A DNA stretch of 64,000 nt. It comes from Ostreococcus lucimarinus (lineage: Eukaryota). Below the pieces are notes generated by a model. It was not told the origin of the DNA and searched no databases. It saw only the letters and a list, made by a program, of their open reading frames with translations. The stretch lies in assembly GCA_000092065.1 (NCBI GenBank), contig CP000592.1, one strand, 5' to 3'. Of this stretch, positions 59,401 through 64,000 are shown one piece after another (the first letter of the stretch is position 1; each line of letters opens with the position of its first letter). Both the position numbers and the translations under genes were made by a program.

Positions 59401-62400
59401 GATCTCCATCCGACGAACCCTTCTCTTGGAAGGTGGTCGACGTCGTGTACAACAAATCTTACTTGGCGACGGATCTCAAACTCGGTGAAGTTTATTCCGT
59501 GTACATCTTGGATCAACAGCAATGCTTACCGTATCGACTTGTCGGTGTCAATATCGACAAGGAATTCTATGAATTCAAGTCAATTCATTCCGCGTACGAC
59601 GACTTTGCGTGCTTTGCAAATAAGCTGCCGTCCGTCTATCACAAGGATACAAAGGCACACTCTTTGGTGGAAAGTTTGGTCATCGAATCCGTCATTCGCG
59701 GAAGCGACGGAAAGTATGTGCAAGAGGTGCTGCCTTACAACGAGATTGCCTCACAGAAGTTTGAGCTGGACATCGAGCACTACCACGTCGTCGAGGCCAT
59801 CGGTAAGCCCGCTGGCAGTCCGGTGCACTTTGCAATCACGCAGACCGAGCCGTACGGCGTGGCTTGTCTCGCGGGACTCAAGGTGAGCCAAGGCATGCAC
59901 AACTTTGGTAACTCGAGATGGCGCAGCAGAGTGGTCGATGACATTCGCAGTCACACGGATCAGAACACTCGCATCGTCGGTGACTTTACCAAGGTTGTCA
60001 ACTCTCAGAAAATCACGAAGAAGATGCTCAAATTCATCACCAAGGATGTCGATTGGCGTCTCCACTTTGAGCGTCTCGTCGGGGATTGTGGATTTTCTGC
60101 AGAAATGCCAGAAATTTGGCAGACGATGTGCACGCTCGTCAAACAACACACAAAGCAAGCTCCCTACGTCCGACGTCATCTGCAGACGCGCTTCTTCGAG
60201 ACTGGCGACAACTTCTACCTCGGTATGGAGTTGACGAGAGAATACGACGAATGGAAAACGAAGACAGTTGATTCATTGGTCAAGTCTACGCTCACGTGGA
60301 ACTCCAAGCCGAAGAACGCACAAGATATTAAGAAGAAAGAGGACAAGTTACGAAACCTGAAGGGCGCTCTCACCAGATCGATCGACCGTCTCTGGTACGA
60401 CGCAACTCTCGAGACAATTCGCTTCGGCGACGTGTACAACCCAGGTGGACAGCAGTTCATTCCTCGTCTTTATTTCATCGATTCGTTGACTCCGGTCACT
60501 CTTGGGTCTTTGCCTGGATTCGAGAGCTTTAGAGTCGTCGACCAACCGAACGACCGTTACGATGTCATCATGACTGGTGTGTCGGGCGCCGTCGTGCGCA
60601 ACGTCGAAGGTTACGTTTCCAAGATGTCCAACTCCACCATGGTGTATCGAGGAAGTAACCTCACTCGAGCGCCGAACGGAAACACCGAATCAAAGGTTTC
60701 GATGGCGACGTTCCCCGTGGCGCACTACGTCAATCACCGCACGATGCGCGTGCGCTCGGACAGCAAAGATAAGGGATACGTCTTCGCTTTCTGCGGCGAT
60801 GAACAGAGCACCCCGCACTTTATGCGTTACTCTGGTCTTACCGGTGCGTGCATCAACAGTATGCTCTTCAACAACTTTATCGGCGACGCGATTATCGGCG
60901 TAGCGTTCCAAGATCGCTTCCGCACGTACTCGAGCTCGACCAACTGGTCGAACGGTGAAGTCGTCACGCGCGGTACCGGCGCCAACTACGGCGTCGATGG
61001 TTTCCTTCGACCGTCGTTTCCGTACAAGGAGGGCGTCCGCTATCTGTATTCGAAGTACATCGAGTGTCGCGAGAGCGATAATGACGTCGCTCAACTGCTG
61101 ACGGATGACTGGAAGGTGAAGTTCTGTTCGGCTCTCATCCCCAGAGGCCTCGAAGACAATCAATCGTACCTCTCCGCGCTGAGCGAGCAAATGTCTCACG
61201 TCATTTACGAAGTCTTCATGGAGGAGGTTGGCAAGGATCCCAGCTTCACCGCCATGGACTTGTGCGATCGTCTCGCCGAGGCGAACGACAAGGTCGGCGA
61301 GAGCGACGAACCGTGGCGAGAACTTCTCGAACGCGCAAATATTTCCGACGACACGAAAAAGATGCTCACGGAAAAACACGTGTGGATCGCGAACAGCTTG
61401 GATGCATTGACGCAAGAGCTCATCGAGTACGCCTCATTCTTGCGAGAAAATGGATTCCGTTTCACGAGTTACGCGGAAAAACAGCCGAATCCGGTCGACT
61501 CCGTCATCGATAGCACCTCTGTCGAAACGCAAGCTTTCGCCGAAGGTCTCACCATGAGCGCGGCGCTCGCCGCCGCGGCGCTCGTCTTGTCGACTTCGAA
61601 TCCGCTTAGTGCCGCCGCGCTGTCCGCGTTCACGCCGATCGTCGCCTTCGGTACCATCACCGGGGCGAGTCGATACAAGAACAGAAACGAAGAGTGGCTC
61701 GTCGCGTACAAGGACAATTTGTTCAAGCAGGCTGAACGAGGCGCGTACGACGTCATGTCGCGCGATGCTCAAAAACAGTCTCTGCACGCGAGTCCGTACG
61801 TGAACGACTTGCGATCCATGATGGATGCGTTCGTCAAGATGTGCGCGTATTACAACTTCCCCGAGCCCAAAGAATTGTTTCACCACTTCGAAGCCTTCGT
61901 GGAAGACGTGCACGGCGACAGAGCGTGCTCTGAATTCGACGAGTATCTCGTGTCGGTGGCCATAGCGGAGACGTTTTACAAGAGCGCGTATCTTCAAGAT
62001 CACCTCGTGAAGATGCACGAAGTCGTGGGAGACATGATGTACTGGCGGTCTCAGAGCAGTGAACCCGGAACGGCTGTTGATATGCAGGCGCAGTGCTTAT
62101 TCGAGCGCGTCGTCGTGCTTCGTCGCGTGCTCGAAAAGTCTATTCGTCGCGGTCACATCAGATTTGGCTTCATCAGAACGGGCAATTACTCCAAGTCTCA
62201 CGTCGGTGACCTCGTCAAGTTCTGGATAAACATCCTGATGTACCCAATCTTGCTCTTTCGTCGTGATGACTTGTCGCCCTCAAACGCTCGCGCCTCGGCC
62301 AAGGCGTGGTACAAGCCGGCGAACATCGCCATCACGGAGACGGCGAGGGACGCGCGAGCGCTCGCGGAGCGCGCGAGTCACGCGAAATTGGCTCGCGCAG

Positions 62401-63215
62401 CCTTTGATCTGGAGAGCTTCACCATCGCGTCGAACGAGAGTTACACCGCGAGTTTCATCATTTTTTCGGCGCTTCTCTCATTCTGCACGGGTATCGTCTT
62501 CACGATCGGTAACATCGCCGCTCGCGTCAAGGTGCAAAAGTGGTCCACCGACTTGACCTCGGCGGGTTCGTACTCGTTCGGTCTCGTCACCCCGCTCTCC
62601 GCCATCTTGGCCCTGTTCTGGTTATCTCGAGTCCAGTTCCACATCATTCGACTCGCGTTGCTCCTCAACACGAAGATGAAACCGTTATCCGACGAACCGC
62701 GCGGCAAGTTGAAGAGTTGCATCAAAATGGCGCTCGCCCAGGGTCTGTTGACGCAAGTGAGAATGTGCATCGCTCTCGCGACCGCCGTCGCCCTTCCGTG
62801 GGCGCTCTGCGTGCGTGAAGCCTCTACTTTCGGTCTCAACTTCACCGACCGATCTGAGAACGTTCCCTTCTACATCGCCTCTGTCGCCGTCATCGCCTCC
62901 GTCGTCTCCTGGTTCGTCTTCTTTTGGAAGGAGTACGTCGTTCGCTACAACCTCCCGTCCAAGCTCGGGCAACACGTCTGCGCCGCCTTTCTGGACGACA
63001 TCGAACACAACCGACAAACCGTCGACATCCCTCACTCTTCCACCCTCGATCACCACCGTCTCGAACGCACGACGTGGGAATACGCCGCTCGGGTCTTCAT
63101 TCGCAAGTATCGATTCGACGCCGTCTTCGGCGCCGACCGCTTTGGAAGTCTCCTCCAGTACGTCCAATCCGGGTGCGTCGTCTCCGCCCGCGGCGAATCG
63201 CCGATGTCCGTCTGA
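56406..63215 (+). CDS. Giant (2269 aa) single-exon hypothetical protein: central flavoprotein-monooxygenase-like core with dinucleotide-binding GxGxxG motif and C-terminal multi-TM anchor
   Basis: Uninterrupted 6.8-kb ORF, lower GC than genome-typical genes. A Rossmann FAD/NAD site MIVIGGGPTGLLTTLHCLE is followed by MRIYESRD. About 650 aa downstream lies a GD...G.TG.(C)IN motif (FCGDEQSTPHFMRYSGLTGACINSMLF) like the PHBH-type GDAAH...GxGxN block. Four to five predicted TM helices span aa 1900-2150. No family recognised for the other ~1500 aa. Confidence 0.6.
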   Translation: MTMSEAVLTASEPVGPVQAPADAAAAPARETIGAFSLARAKSSVRRLSQSKRERRGETTKTRFTEVTTVVGARERGSDGAADEDVGGSARERDDARRLRKRESVKVNMLRARTFKAMNGGGGASGRGNGRVFVDVETGDSFVSTGDLTSVDEKRFRELDAEGVLEVVKLVEGGEQVLMSSVQPSLLENLSTLPVQVEVGWAGDSWRAVLRMLMIASYDDVNRLRFTRGLDAAMHFLSGAESFLLGSVISAYESGNTSDLKRLLRHAFLNRNVSRVLVQQMSRYDIFWHTHWSVKFNRMMDAFGTVPVIGFTGFPSSENFQNTRNFVVGSFFRVFLGQGNWITRVLTGREALITDDPNVVAQNLAAETNSFEASNLAQHGAFVGRMKTNEFRANHRLPTDESVVRTFAVSPSSTLVNNGVVHVVSQLARHWHSMLDQPYGNFAHQRQEQLNPLETLRFHMPVVLFTLANLRGLNAWDSTVLAPVLKKLQNIPPVANAVMIKPIVRMISKELAANVCGGSKIIYDPFKSWLKAIERSLTRLDEEAQQVALICSAVQNGVAIGHSAIAQSNFIAPTEAQMKQAVHSVCLGEPVSTKCGVTEVQVKSALNLLAPRDKRMLIQLVKSGYTNSKAVVLLTSRACTLLSRNIRREALSKTIVKMSKGDEVANFDTKKAYWVKDQYGVGRVYIFERENTDGTCTFTDRATRAEHCFDFSKSTLSAYKYVEVGESIVRAQKAFMTIELDHGSVFSYASFMELSFLRSPLRQLLVLSQFHCEEIDDARLNILSAIKHSATRTEVTVKELKLGQRYFVYEEKSYTPFLFDEALQSDKARLSALKMKKIVTVPPQSMIVIGGGPTGLLTTLHCLENVLLSDGVMRIYESRDAFTQAGATFERAQIVRLDARWIACLRFHLGTIYEDVFIPTPGDTSSHYGNVLPSQGFIEITIKDLENMMNVGVSQRLSRGLLTQDTNSGAQYDVRQNKLIKTGKALKITDLILRKVDNEGSPSDEPFSWKVVDVVYNKSYLATDLKLGEVYSVYILDQQQCLPYRLVGVNIDKEFYEFKSIHSAYDDFACFANKLPSVYHKDTKAHSLVESLVIESVIRGSDGKYVQEVLPYNEIASQKFELDIEHYHVVEAIGKPAGSPVHFAITQTEPYGVACLAGLKVSQGMHNFGNSRWRSRVVDDIRSHTDQNTRIVGDFTKVVNSQKITKKMLKFITKDVDWRLHFERLVGDCGFSAEMPEIWQTMCTLVKQHTKQAPYVRRHLQTRFFETGDNFYLGMELTREYDEWKTKTVDSLVKSTLTWNSKPKNAQDIKKKEDKLRNLKGALTRSIDRLWYDATLETIRFGDVYNPGGQQFIPRLYFIDSLTPVTLGSLPGFESFRVVDQPNDRYDVIMTGVSGAVVRNVEGYVSKMSNSTMVYRGSNLTRAPNGNTESKVSMATFPVAHYVNHRTMRVRSDSKDKGYVFAFCGDEQSTPHFMRYSGLTGACINSMLFNNFIGDAIIGVAFQDRFRTYSSSTNWSNGEVVTRGTGANYGVDGFLRPSFPYKEGVRYLYSKYIECRESDNDVAQLLTDDWKVKFCSALIPRGLEDNQSYLSALSEQMSHVIYEVFMEEVGKDPSFTAMDLCDRLAEANDKVGESDEPWRELLERANISDDTKKMLTEKHVWIANSLDALTQELIEYASFLRENGFRFTSYAEKQPNPVDSVIDSTSVETQAFAEGLTMSAALAAAALVLSTSNPLSAAALSAFTPIVAFGTITGASRYKNRNEEWLVAYKDNLFKQAERGAYDVMSRDAQKQSLHASPYVNDLRSMMDAFVKMCAYYNFPEPKELFHHFEAFVEDVHGDRACSEFDEYLVSVAIAETFYKSAYLQDHLVKMHEVVGDMMYWRSQSSEPGTAVDMQAQCLFERVVVLRRVLEKSIRRGHIRFGFIRTGNYSKSHVGDLVKFWINILMYPILLFRRDDLSPSNARASAKAWYKPANIAITETARDARALAERASHAKLARAAFDLESFTIASNESYTASFIIFSALLSFCTGIVFTIGNIAARVKVQKWSTDLTSAGSYSFGLVTPLSAILALFWLSRVQFHIIRLALLLNTKMKPLSDEPRGKLKSCIKMALAQGLLTQVRMCIALATAVALPWALCVREASTFGLNFTDRSENVPFYIASVAVIASVVSWFVFFWKEYVVRYNLPSKLGQHVCAAFLDDIEHNRQTVDIPHSSTLDHHRLERTTWEYAARVFIRKYRFDAVFGADRFGSLLQYVQSGCVVSARGESPMSV

Positions 63216-63814
63216 CGGCCGCGCGCGCGTCCTCCACCGGCCGGCGTCGTCACGTACACTATTCATTGATACTCATAATACTCATAATAATCATCGTTGG
63301 TATACTTTCGCGTTCGCGTCCATCCTTCGCGTCGTCTCTCTCTCGTCTCTCGCGTTTGGATAAAACGCCACGGATTCATAATAATCTCCGCACACGCATC
63401 CGCATCCGCACACGCCGACGCCCCGCCCGTCGATCGGTCCGTCCATGCATAAAGGATCCTCCGCAGGCTTTCCACTCAAATCGACTGTGTGTCACGCAAG
63501 AGGAGTGCTTGGGGTTCCATTATTTTCACAGAGGACAAACTACGACTGGTCGTTTGTCGTCCAACACGAACACTGCAGAAGGAACTTTGACGCAAGAGTC
63601 CGGAGCCGTCCGGAGCGTCGAGGGGGAAGTCTGCGGTGCCGTGCTGGGCGATGAGTGATGGCCGTAGGGTGTCGTGAAGGTGCACAGGAAGGATGCGAAT
63701 GCTAGTGACTTTTCGGGTTTAGTACGACCCAGAGAACCTAGGGTAGGGTGTAATAAGTATTAGCTAGTCGGTCGGTTACGGCACTTCTCCCGAAGCGCCT
63801 CCCTCCCTCATGCG

Positions 63815-64000
63815 TAGGGTTTAGGGCTTTGGTTTAGGGTTTAGGGTTTAGGGTTTAGGGTTTAGGGTTTAGGGTTTAGGGTTTAGGGTTTAGGGTTTAG
63901 GGTTTAGGGTTTAGGGTTTAGGGTTTAGGGTTTAGGGTTTAGGGTTTAGGGTTTAGGGTTTAGGGTTTAGGGTTTAGGGTTTAGGGTTTAGGGTTTAGGG
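63815..64000 (+). repeat. Telomere: (TTTAGGG)n array, G-strand 5'->3' toward the window end (right chromosome end), preceded by about 600 bp of subtelomere
   Basis: From 63832 perfect TTTAGGG units run to the end of the window (at least 24 units); degenerate units TAGGGTTTAGGGCTTTGG lie at 63815..63831. Confidence 0.95.

Noticed and set aside
57591-61415. Minus-strand ORFs (57591..58259, 60690..61415, 61434..62018, 62685..63266) inside the giant ORF
   Set aside because: All shorter than and antisense to a single uninterrupted 6.8-kb plus-strand frame; products lack features.
63476-63685. Small ORFs in the subtelomere (63263..63685)
   Set aside because: Under 80 aa, no coding periodicity, located in subtelomeric non-coding sequence.
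1-64000. Prokaryotic-style features: operons, CRISPR arrays, rho-independent terminators, rRNA genes
   Set aside because: None seen. Several genes carry cytoplasmic eukaryotic functions (eIF4A, RRP6, VPS33, PWI, eL22 with a spliceosomal intron) and the window ends in a telomere, so this is nuclear eukaryotic DNA. I found no short direct-repeat/spacer periodicity and no rRNA-like stretch.

Overview
This 64 kb window is a eukaryotic nuclear chromosome end: gene-dense, intron-poor and very GC-rich. It finishes in a (TTTAGGG)n telomere array running 5'->3' to the window end, so it is a right chromosome end. The Arabidopsis-type telomere, extremely CG-rich intergenic spacers, about 1 gene per 1.7 kb and frequent plastid-type transit peptides all point to a green picoalga of the Mamiellales (Ostreococcus/Micromonas-like); this is inference.

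I can support about 35 protein genes. Most are single-exon and many sit in head-to-head pairs with bidirectional promoters:
- Metabolism and sulfur: PEP carboxylase, argininosuccinate lyase, SLT-type Na/sulfate transporter, cysteine synthase, a plastid-type methyltransferase, an M3-like zinc peptidase.
- Translation and RNA: eIF4A, TSR3, RRP6, ribosomal proteins L22e (with a 5' intron) and organellar S16, an SRRM1-like PWI protein.
- Trafficking and folding: Cpn60, OS-9-like ER lectin, VPS33 (Sec1 family), VPS52.
- Others: SPINDLY/OGT-like TPR glycosyltransferase, an EF-hand mitochondrial carrier, a Rubisco-activase-like AAA+ protein fused to rhodanese and WW domains, a bacterial-type CapA homolog, and several membrane proteins of unknown function.

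There is also one intron-containing tRNA-Arg(TCT) on the minus strand, flanked by tRNA-derived fragments. No CRISPR arrays, operons or rRNA were seen.

The most unusual content is a lower-GC subtelomeric island at about 55.2-63.8 kb. It holds a 2269-aa single-exon ORF with a flavoprotein-monooxygenase-like core and a C-terminal multi-TM anchor, plus a divergently oriented putatively N-myristoylated orphan ORF. Two further lower-GC genes stand out: the CapA homolog and an orphan type II membrane protein at 3.7-5.0 kb.

Many ORF-track entries are artefacts: antisense ORFs inside real genes, or ORFs run up from CG-rich low-complexity spacers. I trimmed N-termini to the first plausible Met where family knowledge allowed; those starts are inference.
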